In this document: positions 9,258 through 21,300 of the stretch, piece by piece
Numbering within the stretch: position 1 is the stretch's first letter
Layout of the letters: each line of letters begins with the position of its first letter
Virus record (IMG/VR): IMGVR_UViG_2875292628_000003
Reading direction: 5' to 3' (one strand)
Length of the DNA: 64,000 nt
Source of the DNA: an uncultured virus (IMG/VR IMGVR_UViG_2875292628_000003)
Taxonomy: Duplodnaviria; Heunggongvirae; Uroviricota; Caudoviricetes
The notes under the pieces: generated by a model
The model's input: only the letters and a program-made list of their open reading frames with translations
The model's database searches: none
What the model was told of the DNA's origin: nothing
Translations under genes and position numbers: made by a program

Positions 9258-10792
9258 TATTCTTCATCCTCTGGAAATTTACGGCTCTTAGCAATACTTT
9301 CAGCTAATGTTAATGCTTCCTCATATTTCATACCTGTATCGCGCTCAAGAATGTACGCCATAATATCTACATCTAAATTTGATTCTTTCAATGATGCGAT
9401 TACTTGTGTTTTAAGTAATGTTGTATTCATTCTTGATTGAGCATTGTTGATTTCTTCCGTAGCTGCTGCAGTTTGGTTTGAATAATATTCAACTTGCCAA
9501 GGGTAATCTTCAGGCTCAAATTGTTCGTTATAAGCAAAACCCCAATCCAAGTGAAGAATTTGATTAATCCCTTCGGAAGCTGCTGTTCGAATGTCTTGTG
9601 ACCTACGCATGATTTGTGCAGAAGTATGGAATGCTCCACCTTCTCCAATACCACCAGTTAACATGTCAGCCCACCCTACCATACTTGGGTCTAGACCTAT
9701 ACCGCCCATTAACAAACGGACATTAATCATGAACTGTTCAATATTAATAGGTGAGCTTCGTTGATTCTTGATATCACCCACTGGATTTAGAACTTGTTTT
9801 TCATCAAATACTGGAAGCATGTGAAAAGCAGTATTCCAGACTGCTTCACCACCTGATAAAGCATCACGGACATAAGCCTCATGATTTTTGAGTAAACCTT
9901 CTAAACCACGGATATAGGCTTGACGTTGTGCTGGCGGCATTCCTGACATATTTACTGTCAAGAACATCTGATTTACGGTATCTGCAATTTGCTGGCTATT
10001 CATTGATGCCAAAGCGAGGATTACATCATCATAAATATCTTCAATCTCATAAAGAAATGAGCCGCCTAAATGCGCTGGTAAGATTGGTAGCTCATCTGGA
10101 TCATCACCCTCCAACATTTTCGTGACAAGACCAGTTTCAACAAGCTCATATTGAGCAATATTGCTCATACGGGGCATTTTGAAACGTACCATTTGAATAG
10201 TATTCAGTTTGGTAATAGTTTTTTGCCAATTACGAGGATCTAAACAAAAAAAGGCGACAGTCTTACTGCCTTGTTCGAACGGTTGTATTAATGGCGGATA
10301 TGTATACTCATTGCATACGAGGTCAATTACACCTATATCTTTTTTCCCATAAATACGTGCATAGGAATCACCGAAAGAAATAGCATCTCGGGCAAGTTTG
10401 CTTAAATACTTATTGATAAGCTTTTCCATCTTTACACGGCGCTCATCTAGTTGTTTTTTTAGTTTTTCAGCTGCTGGTCCATTCGCCTTTTTTAACCGTT
10501 CTGCGGGCGTAATAAAGACTTGTTGGCCGCTATAAGAATCTCCGCCTAAGGCTGCAGAAACATGAATCCCCATACCCTCTGCGATAGGTGCAAAGCGTAA
10601 CATTCTCTCCCATTTAGTAAGAATTTCTTTTCGAGTACGCTTCTTATTGGCTTTGGTTTGGTTAGTCCCAAGTGAAAACGGAGCCATAGTTTCATATAGC
10701 TGCGCTGTTGCATCCTGATTAGACGTATCGAATTGCTGATCATATGAATTAACATTTTCACCGAGTAACAACGATAAGAACCGAGAAGACAT
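9257..10792 (-). CDS. Portal protein (P1 Prt-like)
   Basis: 511 aa; FGDSYARIY, GGSFL, GLDPSMVGWADMLTGGIGEGG resemble P1-type portals. Confidence 0.7.
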   Translation of the reverse strand: MSSRFLSLLLGENVNSYDQQFDTSNQDATAQLYETMAPFSLGTNQTKANKKRTRKEILTKWERMLRFAPIAEGMGIHVSAALGGDSYSGQQVFITPAERLKKANGPAAEKLKKQLDERRVKMEKLINKYLSKLARDAISFGDSYARIYGKKDIGVIDLVCNEYTYPPLIQPFEQGSKTVAFFCLDPRNWQKTITKLNTIQMVRFKMPRMSNIAQYELVETGLVTKMLEGDDPDELPILPAHLGGSFLYEIEDIYDDVILALASMNSQQIADTVNQMFLTVNMSGMPPAQRQAYIRGLEGLLKNHEAYVRDALSGGEAVWNTAFHMLPVFDEKQVLNPVGDIKNQRSSPINIEQFMINVRLLMGGIGLDPSMVGWADMLTGGIGEGGAFHTSAQIMRRSQDIRTAASEGINQILHLDWGFAYNEQFEPEDYPWQVEYYSNQTAAATEEINNAQSRMNTTLLKTQVIASLKESNLDVDIMAYILERDTGMKYEEALTLAESIAKSRKFPEDEE

Positions 10793-10822
10793 AACTAAGC
10801 CAAAATACCTAAATAATTAAGT

Positions 10823-10863
10823 ATTTTGATGACTAATAATTTTTAACTTTTAGATGGGTTCCA
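10823..10863 (-). promoter_or_regulatory. Late promoter box for portal operon
   Basis: TGGAACC-N28-CAAAAT; hairpin 10801-10828. Confidence 0.75.
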
Positions 10864-10871
10864 AAGTTAAT

Positions 10872-10912
10872 TGGAACCGTACAGATTCCATTAATTAACT
10901 GCATGCAATTCT
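10872..10912 (+). promoter_or_regulatory. Late promoter box (divergent) for 64-aa gene
   Basis: TGGAACC-N28-AATTCT; back-to-back with portal box. Confidence 0.65.
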
Positions 10913-10950
10913 ATCTGAACAAATTTCTTATCTAATTAGAGGAAAAGCTC

Positions 10951-11145
10951 ATGGCCGAAGTTAAAGTATTTAATGCTTTGGATATTGAATTAGCTCAAAA
11001 AACCCAAGACATCGTCAATGCGCAACGTTTTAACAACCGTCCTGCTTTCAAAACATTAAATCTAGGCTGGGATTTAGAGACTGGGTCGGTAGCAGTAAAT
11101 TACACATTTGTAGAAGAACCACCAGTTAATGATCAGCCTGCTTAA
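10951..11145 (+). CDS. Small hypothetical late protein
   Basis: GAGGA RBS, upstream late box, downstream terminator. Confidence 0.7.
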   Translation: MAEVKVFNALDIELAQKTQDIVNAQRFNNRPAFKTLNLGWDLETGSVAVNYTFVEEPPVNDQPA

Positions 11146-11150
11146 ACATG

Positions 11151-11174
11151 AAAGCCCCTAATAAGGGGCTTTTT
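11151..11174. terminator. Bidirectional intrinsic terminator
   Basis: AAAGCCCCT-AATA-AGGGGCTTTTT. Confidence 0.8.
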
Positions 11175-11949
11175 AATAGCCAGTAATATCAACTATTAAA
11201 TGACTATGAAATGGAGAATAGAGACTAGCTGAAGTATTCATACCATTAGCTAGTATCGTATATCCCCGAAGGATCTTACCTGAGAAAGTTGGATCACTAT
11301 ATGAGTTAGTCTTTATAGTACAGTATGAATGCATATAAGAACTCAAACCACCAGCTCCCCAATAATATTCATAATGAGCTGGACAAGCTAAAGCCAAGCC
11401 ATAAGTCTTATTAGCATTATAATCAGGTATATCTGATAACCATGAGCTAAAATAATTTGCACTGCCTTTTAAATAAAAAGTTTCTGCTTTAACTACTTTT
11501 AAAGGATTGTGGGAGTTAGAAAATACAATCTCACCTTTACCATTCTTAATTAGTAATTTTGGCGAATGACCACTTTCTAATAAAGTAATTAATCCAAATA
11601 CATAATAATTTGCTTTTGTAAAAGGAAAAGTATTCTTATATTTAAATCCTCCTTGGTCGTCTAAGGTGTCAAAAATTACAGTTATTTTCCAATTATTTGT
11701 GGAAGTTTCTTCATATCTGACCTGCATCACAGAAACGCCTGTAAATACCACAATTGGTCTTTGTAAAGATGTAACATTCAAAACATGACACTTAACGTAA
11801 CCAGATACAGATAGCACTGCAGGAGGTAATGGGTCTGAAGAAGCGACTTCCCTAACAAACTTATTTATAAGGTGAAAGTTTCTATAGCTGTCGTCAATTA
11901 TTGTCACTTTATTATCATTGAGAATTTTGATGTATTCAGCCATTAGCAT
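11173..11949 (-). CDS. Tail-tip/fibre accessory (receptor-binding-associated) protein
   Basis: I.NDN..TIIDD.Y.N and LLIKN.KGEIVF repeats typical of proteins following central tail fibres. Confidence 0.5.
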   Translation of the reverse strand: MLMAEYIKILNDNKVTIIDDSYRNFHLINKFVREVASSDPLPPAVLSVSGYVKCHVLNVTSLQRPIVVFTGVSVMQVRYEETSTNNWKITVIFDTLDDQGGFKYKNTFPFTKANYYVFGLITLLESGHSPKLLIKNGKGEIVFSNSHNPLKVVKAETFYLKGSANYFSSWLSDIPDYNANKTYGLALACPAHYEYYWGAGGLSSYMHSYCTIKTNSYSDPTFSGKILRGYTILANGMNTSASLYSPFHSHLIVDITGY

Positions 11950-12341
11950 TTACCTATATGAATACTAACCGTTTGCTGAAAAGCTGTATTGTAATAAGCT
12001 CTACAATCATAAATTAATAAATAAGATGAAGTATCATCCATTTGATTAAGTATCTTATCGCCCAGCTTAGCCTCAATAGCCATAGCTTTAGTCAAAATGG
12101 CACATCCCATACCATTTGAATAAGACTCAACTACAGCACTATTGGCAGATAACACTTCACCAGAAGCTACATAAGCCCACCATCTTGGATGATTTTCAGC
12201 AGTATCTAGTTTTCGTACAATTGTGTCCATAGATGAACCTTTCGGGAGGACAACACTTAACGTTTCTGTATACATACTAAGATTAGATGTTAGATCAAGG
12301 ACCACGTTGCCACCGAGGTCCCTTAATAAGAATGTAGCCAT
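11943..12341 (-). CDS. Tail-tip accessory protein
   Basis: LRD.GGNVVLD N-terminus; directly after giant fibre gene. Confidence 0.5.
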   Translation of the reverse strand: MATFLLRDLGGNVVLDLTSNLSMYTETLSVVLPKGSSMDTIVRKLDTAENHPRWWAYVASGEVLSANSAVVESYSNGMGCAILTKAMAIEAKLGDKILNQMDDTSSYLLIYDCRAYYNTAFQQTVSIHIGKC

Positions 12342-15300
12342 TTATAAACCAATATAAATTCTCTCAATATTGTTATCGTCATATAACTTTAAAGCGGTCC
12401 CTGAAATGACCATTCTTGCTTTTTGAGGCTGACTAGGATCTTTATAAGTAATTAAAGTCCCAAGTTCACCAGTTATGGCACTTAACTTGTCAACATTGAA
12501 TAATTCAGCTGTAAGAGACTTGGCCTTAAAGTTTGCGGCTGTCAAATTCTTAATAAATACATCACTGTTCATCAAAACTTGATTGTCTTGGATTATGAAC
12601 GGCATATATTTAGTAGAAGAAGAACCAGTTGTGAAGAAAATTCTATCCGCTTGGAAACCTATTGAGCTGAGCACAGTTCCATTTGTTTGCTCACTGACCA
12701 TAGACATACCAGTAAACACACCGTTATTGTCCATACCCATTACGTATTTACCTTTCACACCATCAATCAAGTCAGCTTGTGATTTAAGCTTGATAGCATT
12801 TTGGCCGTAAACAGAAACCAAAGTTTGTAATGCACCAGCATATGCCCCCACATCAGTTGTATATGTGGTTTTGAAATTTTCGAAATCAGCTATGTTGTCA
12901 GCATCTTCAATATCGATAAAGTCTAGATCCACTTCACCAGCTTTACCTGAATAGTTACCAATGAATACAGGTGTAAAGAAAGCAGCTTTGTTTGCGAATG
13001 TTTTAGGGCTTAGTAGAGTGCCAGCACCTGCACTTGCACCAGCAGATCGGCCCTTAAAGTAAGCGGTACCAGTTATCCAAGTTCCCAACGCTGGTGCGGT
13101 ACCTGCAACTAAATAATGACTTGAACCGATATCATTGATTTCAGAGTTATCTTGAGCAATATATTTTGTTTTATTGGCGTTTTGACAGGTCGCACCAACA
13201 TAAACAACTCCGGTACCACTTACACGGCGGAATCTATACTTAACTCGGTAATATTTATTGTCATCGATAGGCAAAGATGTGAACCAATTTAACCAGGCTT
13301 CATCATTACCTACGTTATTACCAATTCTTAGTGCATATCCTCCACGACATGTTGCATCTGCAACTAAACTAAGTTCAGTCTTATTCCCACTTGGTGTTTT
13401 TACTAACCAATCTTTTTGCCATGTTTCGAGTACTGAAGCCATGATCTTTTGACCATTTGCAGAATACAGTGCAGACATTCTTTCTGTTGAAGATGCGATT
13501 GCTTCATTCGTCTTGGTAGACGTCATGTAATCACGCTCTAATGTCGCTTTTGTAGTAGAAGCTATGTCCTTGGCAGTATCAGCTATTTCTTTAGCCTTCT
13601 CCGATATTGCACGTACTAATGCTTGTCGTGCATTGTGCACGTTAGCAAAGTTAGTAATGAACTGGTTTCGGTCAATCGTACTAGTTACATTCATATTTGC
13701 GAATAAAGCTGCCAAATATGTATTTAAAGTACTGAATGCCGTGGCATAAGCAGCAGAAGATATACCATAAGTGACTGCCTCAGCTCGCAAGCTTGCATCA
13801 GTTTGATAAAGTGTATCCCAAACCAACTTCGCCTGTTTTTTCTCAACTGGTGTGAGTTTATTATCAGCAGCAATATCACTTAACTGAGCCATTGGAACAT
13901 CCACTTTGGCTTGTGAACCTGCAGTGGTTTCCATCATTGAAGTCACTGTAAACGGCGTAACTGACTTATAAACTGATAAATCTGTTTCAATGGCCGCCGT
14001 CCAGCCATCTTTAAAGTAATCTGGCGGATTTGTATGAGTAATAGTGGCCGACTCAACTGTAATTGCTGGGTAAGACCAAGCATATTTTTTGGTAATTAAG
14101 ATGCACACCTTATTATTGCTATCTAAAGCTAAAGCTAGACCTTTAGTCGTAGCATTACTTTCATCTAAAGTGATACCAAAAGAACGAGAGGTCATATTCG
14201 AATAAAATGGCACTGTTGACGTATATGCATAAAATGCCAAATCCAGATCGAAAATATTATCTTCTTTGTTATTGTAGTTATAACCAGAAATTTTAACCTT
14301 GGTCATGTACGCACCAACTGTAATTGGTGTCTTAATAACCAATGTACCCGAAGTAGTGATTGCTTGACGCCAAGTTAAAGGCTTAACGAAAATTTTCCCT
14401 GCACCTGAACTCAATGGCTGCACACTCATAGCATTGGTATATTCAGAAGTAATTTTCTGTGAAGATGCTGCAATTGCACGCTCAACATTAGTATTTGTTA
14501 TATCCGCATTCAAAATATAAGCGCCGTTTTTACTGTCTAATTTTGAAGACATTTCAGTAAGTTTGGCAGCCCAAGTTTCTTTGAAGTTCGTTAATGTTGA
14601 TATAGAGTCTGTGGCTGAAGAAACAAAGTCCTGTAAAGTCGGGTCAGCTGAAGCGTAATCAGTAACGTCATATTGCTCGATTTGGGCTAAGGTCCAAACT
14701 AAAGGCGCAGTAGCTGTTGGTGTAGATCCTCCCGCCACATAAACATGTCCTGAGTTAGAGAAAGAACCTACAGCACCACATTTAATCATTCGAATATATG
14801 TTTCGAATTTGCCTGTACCCTCAGTATTGCCAATGAATCGATCAATTGCCCCTGTCCCCATTGCGTTACCAGCATTCACCAATTTATATCCAACTGGTAG
14901 CTTGATTAAATACTTGATAACAAAAACAGCATTTGCACGGCCATAAACGAGTTGAACAAATCCACCCCATGTTGGGCTGGCAGCACCAATGGTTTTAATT
15001 TCAATTTCATAGGTTGATGTAGTTGGGTTATCAGCACTTTTCGCGACACGAGTAACTGTCACGTTCCCATTGCCGGCATTGTTATAGACAGATACACCAT
15101 TGTTACCTTTTTTGAAATTTACGTCTCCCTGCAACAATTTTCCATTAGTAATCATCATCGCCAGCATTGTTGTGTTTTCTAATGCGGAACCAAGATTATT
15201 TGTACTTGTTTGAAGCTGAGAAATTTCAGTATTTCTAAGTGTAGCTAGATCCTTTGATGTTTGGTCAGCTGTAGCTTTTGTTGTTTTTACTACAGAAGAT

Positions 15301-18300
15301 AAACCACCAGGTACAGTTGCATCATATTGTTGAATTTGCTGAGCTATAACCCCTTTATTTACATCAGCCTTGATAAAAGTATCTTCAACAAATTGAGCAT
15401 TTTGTTTAAGAGACGATCTAAATCCGCCCTTAAAATTTGGCGCTGAATTACCCCGGCTAATAAACATATTAGTTACAGTAAATGTTCCACCAGATGGAGC
15501 ATTATCAAACCGTAAACCCAATGGAATAGCTTCAAAAGCAGAGGCTTTTAAATCAGATGGGAAAATACCAGTAAGTTCTATTTCACCACTTGCAGCTACA
15601 ACAAACGAAGGCAACCCAACACTATAAGTTGCACCATGAAATTGAATACTACATGTAGCGCCAACTAATCCTGCAGTTGCTGTGTATTTGATTCTCGCAA
15701 CTATTGGATCACCCTTATCAATTGGAATTTCCTTGTGTTTATATTGCAGTTCCCAAACAGCTACAGTTCGGTTTGTACCAGTAGAAATACTTAAATTTTT
15801 AGTATCATCACCAAGTAAAATCCAGTTCTCTTCTGAGTAACGTAAAGTATCAAGTTGTGCTTTAAAAACTTTGATTTCCTCAGCAAATACTTCTTTCGCA
15901 TCAGATCTTGTAATTTTTTCTTGAAGAATTTGTGCGTGGTTTTCTAAAACCTTTTGTAAGTTTCCACTATTGTTTGCCAGACCAATCGGGATACCACTAA
16001 CTACTTGGACTGCAAGCATGATTTGCTTAGCCCCATTTGGTCCAGTATCTGGTGTTGCATGCAATTCTATACCACGACCTGAACCAATCCCCTTCTGACC
16101 AACTAAAATGTATGCATCCCGACCCGTTATTTGATCAAGTGTGAATGGATTGGCACCTAATGAAATTAGTGCATTCTTAACTGGTGCTAGGTTTACCCCA
16201 ATACTGTCGTAGTTTGTAACGATAACAAAGGTGTCATTTGGAATCGCAGCAATAGCGTTACTCATTGCCGTAGCATTTGCTACAGCTGCATAAGTATCAT
16301 ATCTAGTTGAAGAAGCAACAGAACCATCAGCTGCTAAAACATGTACTGAAAAACCACGAGCTGAAGCTACTGATTTGATTTCACCCTTTAAGTTTTTAAT
16401 CCCTGTGAAAAAGCCATTCCAGCCACATGAATAAACACGGTAATTGAAAACTTGACCAAGGTCCTGATTTAATTGTTTATAACTTGATTCCAAGTTATTA
16501 ATAGACTGTGTGGTGTTCTGTTGATTATCACTAATAGTTGAATTAATTTCCTGAAACTTACCATCTACAGCAGTTTTATTATTGTCTACAGTAGATTTTA
16601 AAGTCGCATAATTCTCTGCAAGTGAAGTAATCTTCTCACCGTTTTTTTGAACATCCGCTTTAGTACCCTCAATTGCAGAAGCATTAGCTTCAAGATCCTT
16701 AATTAGTTCACGAGGATTTTTTCTAAAACCAGTGGCTAACTCACCTTTTTCAAGTTGCACTTCTCTAATTAAAAAGTCAGGAGCAAAACCTACTTGCGAA
16801 TATAAAATTAAGTTAATATGCTGTAAATTAATAATATTTGTATCAAAGGTATAAGTACATAATGTTTCTTTATCAGTCGAAATGTTATTCCATGTAGTAC
16901 CAATTTGGTTGTTACTACCTGATGAATCTCGACGGTGTATAATTAATAAAATTTGAGTCTGTGCAGCTGTCAACGACATTGCTTTAAATGACAATGTGTA
17001 CTTCTGATTCATCTCTAAACCATCTGCCAATGTCAGAGTTTCAATAAACCCTTTAAAGTATGTAGTTGTATCAGTAGATTTAAAGTGCCCCCAAGTAGCA
17101 CCTTTTGAATCTTTATAAACTTCAAGTAGATTACCTGCCACAGCAGAATTTTGACGCCAATTTAAGGTGCCTAAAGGGCTTGAGAAATCACCATTTTTAA
17201 TAATATTATCACCACCACTAGTTGAAATAGCGGCTTTGATGATTTTACTTTCCTCTGCAATCGCTTGATTAGTCTCAGTTTTTGTATAACGAGTACTATC
17301 AAGAGTTGCTGAACTGTTAGTCCATAGATCACCAAATTTTTGACGAAATTTAGCTTCAAGGGTTTCAGTTGCAGAAGTTATTGCTTGAGCAGTATCTGCT
17401 TTAGAAGAGTAATCCTTAATTAGAGTTGAAGTACTTACCTTATCATTTAACGCTTTATTATTACCCTCAAAAACTTCTACCCAATGCACTGTAGTAGTGG
17501 CATTAGCATTTGCTGACGAATTTGGAAAACAAGCAAAATTAACAACCGTTGAGTCTGTTCTAGCAATTGTAGTTAAGGTAAATTCGAAAATGTCTTTACT
17601 AGCTGAAAAAATAGGCGCATCTGCATTAAATACATTAGCTCCGCCAATATATATACGCAAATTGGCTGCATTGTTCCCTCCATTATCAAAGGTAACTTTT
17701 GCTCTGACGGTAACAGTAATACCAGGTGCATTTAAACTTTTTGCTAAGGGATATGATATTTGTACATAACCACCCGTTTTGCTTTTTTCGACATTCCCCC
17801 CGACCACAATGTTGTCAAAAGCCTTTCCACCGATACTTGTTTTCAAAGCTTCGGTTGTAGTTGATATTGCGCTATCAACATCAGATTTAGTCATCCGGTC
17901 TGAAATTTGTTTAGCCTGTGCTGCCAAACCATTTACAGGATCATTAATTGTTGATTCTAAGTTTTGAGTTTTTTTAGCTAAAGCAGTACTTTCAGTAACA
18001 TACGTTTGTTTAAATTCATTTAAATTTGCTGATACTTTATCGAATGCTGCATTGAAGTCGTAAGGACTTGCAATCCAATTATCTGTAGTTATGAATTCCC
18101 CTTTAACCAATACGGCCCAGTAAACAGTACCTACAGAATTTTTGTCTGCTGTAGGTTTATTAATCATATAGAATTGAATTTCTCTACCTGTGCCTGCAGA
18201 ACTTTTTGTAAAAGTAACTTTATTAATTACTTTACCTGCACCTGCAGGGCAAGCTTGAACCCACTGACTTCCGCCACCAGCATATACAGTTAAATTAGAG

Positions 18301-21300
18301 TTTGTATCACCAGCACCTCGTGTATGCTCAGCACACCAAAGAAGTGTGTATTTTGCTCCTACTTCCCAGTCTTCCCCCACTTTATAGCGTAGATGAGGAT
18401 ATGAAACTCCATTGTAAGTTCCTACTACATTAGAGTTGATTAACAAATTCGTGCCAGCTGGTGCAGACTTGTTAAGATTTGCTGATAAGGTATTTGATTG
18501 TTCAGTAACTGCTTTAATCTGTCCAGCTTGTTCAGTTACTTTTGAATTTGTTGTTTCAAGTGCTTCACTTGAGGCTTTTTTCCCTACTTCAGTGTTAGTC
18601 AAAGTTAGATCATTTCTAAGCTTAGAAATATCTATACTTTGAGAAGATAAAGTATCACCATTCTTCTTTACTTCAGCTTGAGTGACTTTAATTGCTTCCG
18701 CATTGGCATTTAAAGAGCTTTGAGTATCACGTGGGCTTGGGCTCCATGCGGTAGCCTTATTGCCTGCTTCGATCTGTAATTTTTGAATCGTTGGAATTCG
18801 ACCAGAACCGTATGTTCCATAAAACTCAATTGTTGATTCGGTAGTACTTCCAGTGTGTACTTTAGGGGATACTGTAACTGCAAATCTTTGAAACTCATTT
18901 GCTTTTGTTACAGTAACTGAAGTTGTAAAGTAATGAGCAGATCCATTTGAAGAGTAAACTTGTACTGTTCCAGCAACGGGCACACTCACGTCAAAAGAAA
19001 TAGTAACCGGCTTATCTAAATTTTCGTCATAAAAAGCTTTGAGCTCTTTACTTCGTTCATACATTAAGTATTCACGACTAGTTGATGCTGTTGAGCTTCT
19101 TGGCGCTTCTGAATTAGCTACCGCATTAACCCCACCAATTTTAATATTATCTACTGCAGCTGTGATATCAGTAGCCACACGTCCCATGGCGCTATCAAGA
19201 TCACTCTTTGTAGCTGTTTTCAATAATGCTTGAGCGTTGCTCTGAATACCTGTTTCAGCATTCTGCATTCTTGATTCAAGCTTACTGGTCCGTTCTGCTT
19301 CAGCCTCAGTTCTATTAGTAGCAGTTTTGAATAAATCATTTGCGGTTGCTGTTGCATCATTTGCTGAAGCTAAAGAGTTGTTATCTTCAACGATAATGTA
19401 GTTAAGCTGACTTATACCTGGTTGAGCCGCATAGTTACCAATAAACATTGGGGCATAAAATTCAGCTTGTGCTGGGAAAGTACGCGGATTATCAATTGTT
19501 CCAAGTCCCGTAGCTGCACCTGTAGATTTTCCTTTCAGATAAAGTACAACTTCTTGCCATTCACCTAAATTTGGTTTAATTGCAGACAACAAGTAATTTG
19601 ATGAGCCCATGTCTGCAGCAAGATTATTTGTAGTTGTTACATACTTAGTTTGATCTGCTGTTTTACATGCAACACCTAAATAAATACTTCCATTTTCACC
19701 AGCAACACGACGGAAACGTGCACGCACCCGATAAAGCGTATCTGGATTAATTTTTACTAATTCTTTCCAATGAACCCAAGCTTCATCATTGCCAGCATTA
19801 TTACCAAGCTCAAGAATATAACCGCCAAATGCATCAGAATCTTGAAGTACTTTAGCTTCACCTGTAGCTCGCCAAGTTGACCAGTCATCAATTCCTTTTG
19901 CTGTTACTACTGCCCTCACACCAGTAGTCACTTGAGTTTGAGACTTGAGACTTAATAAATTTTGAGAAAGTGCTTCAGTTGCTTTTACCGCTGTTGTACC
20001 AGTTTGCTGCGCTTCGGCTGCATTATCGAAAGCTAGTTTAGCAATATCATCAGTAGTTTTAAGTGAAGAAGAAAGGCCAGATATTTTAGTGTTTGTATTA
20101 CTTTCTAAGGTAGATATACTTTTTTGGACATCTACAATCTGACCTTGTACCTTCAAATTTTCTTTCGAGATACTTGTATCAAGTTCTGTAAATTTCGTCG
20201 TGGTAGACTGTTCAAATTCAGCTAGTGACTCAGTAACTTCTAGAATATTTGAATTCGACTGACGATCTGCTTCTTCCAGAGCTGCTTTTGTTTGGTCGAT
20301 ACGTAATGATAAGGCTTTATCCCCATCAGAAACTGACTGAGTAATTGTCGCTAAATCAGACGTTGTTTTAGTTTTATTTGAATTATAGTCAGTCTTTAGT
20401 TCTTCAAGTTTTTTTGCTTCTGAAACAAGTTTCTCATCAACAAGTTTTACAGATGATTCAACCTTTTCGATATATGAGGCATTACCAGTAATTTGATCAC
20501 GCCATGCTTTAGGGATGGTGTCATTTAGTGCTGTAATGTCCCAGACCTCATAATCAGCAAGGATTACATCAACTGGGCTTGAAGTGCTTGGTAAAGGTGG
20601 ATTAGTGCCAGCTAATACACGAAAATGCCCATGAATAGCTGCTGGTGCATCATAGCCACACTGAACAACAGAGTAATAAACCTCAAACTTGCCAGTACCT
20701 TCTTTATTTCCAAGTACTCGTAAATAACCACCTGTACCTGTAGCATTGCCAACTGGTAATAAATAAGTCCCTTTTGGCATTTTAATAATTTGTTTTATTA
20801 AAAAGGTTTTATTAGGCGCAGCTACAAGTGTAGGAACAGTTGGATACCAACCACCACCTAAAGATGATGTAGATCTTAAAAGCATCTCATGGGTACTATT
20901 TACGGGGTTATCCGTAGATTTGGCTTGTCGAGTTAGTGTTGAGCCTGCTGGTACCACATAGGCACTTAATCCCCCATTACCAGAAAGAAACGTCGGATCA
21001 TCACGTAAAGGTTTACCAAGTGATTGCATCCGCGCTAACTCATTAGCACTTAATAAACTTGCATTTGTTGTGTCTAAACTGGCCTGTATTTGGTCAGTTT
21101 TTTCAGCCACAGATTTGGTAAGGTCAACTACAGTTCGTTCAACACTATTAATGGCAGCTTTGTTATCACCAATTTGAGATTGAGCAATACTAATTTGTTC
21201 AGTAATTGCTTTGTCTTGAGCTGCACGAGTTTTAGATTCTTCTGAAATTAAGGCATTTGATTTACCCAATTCGTTTTGCATTTCAGCAAACTTAAGCTCA

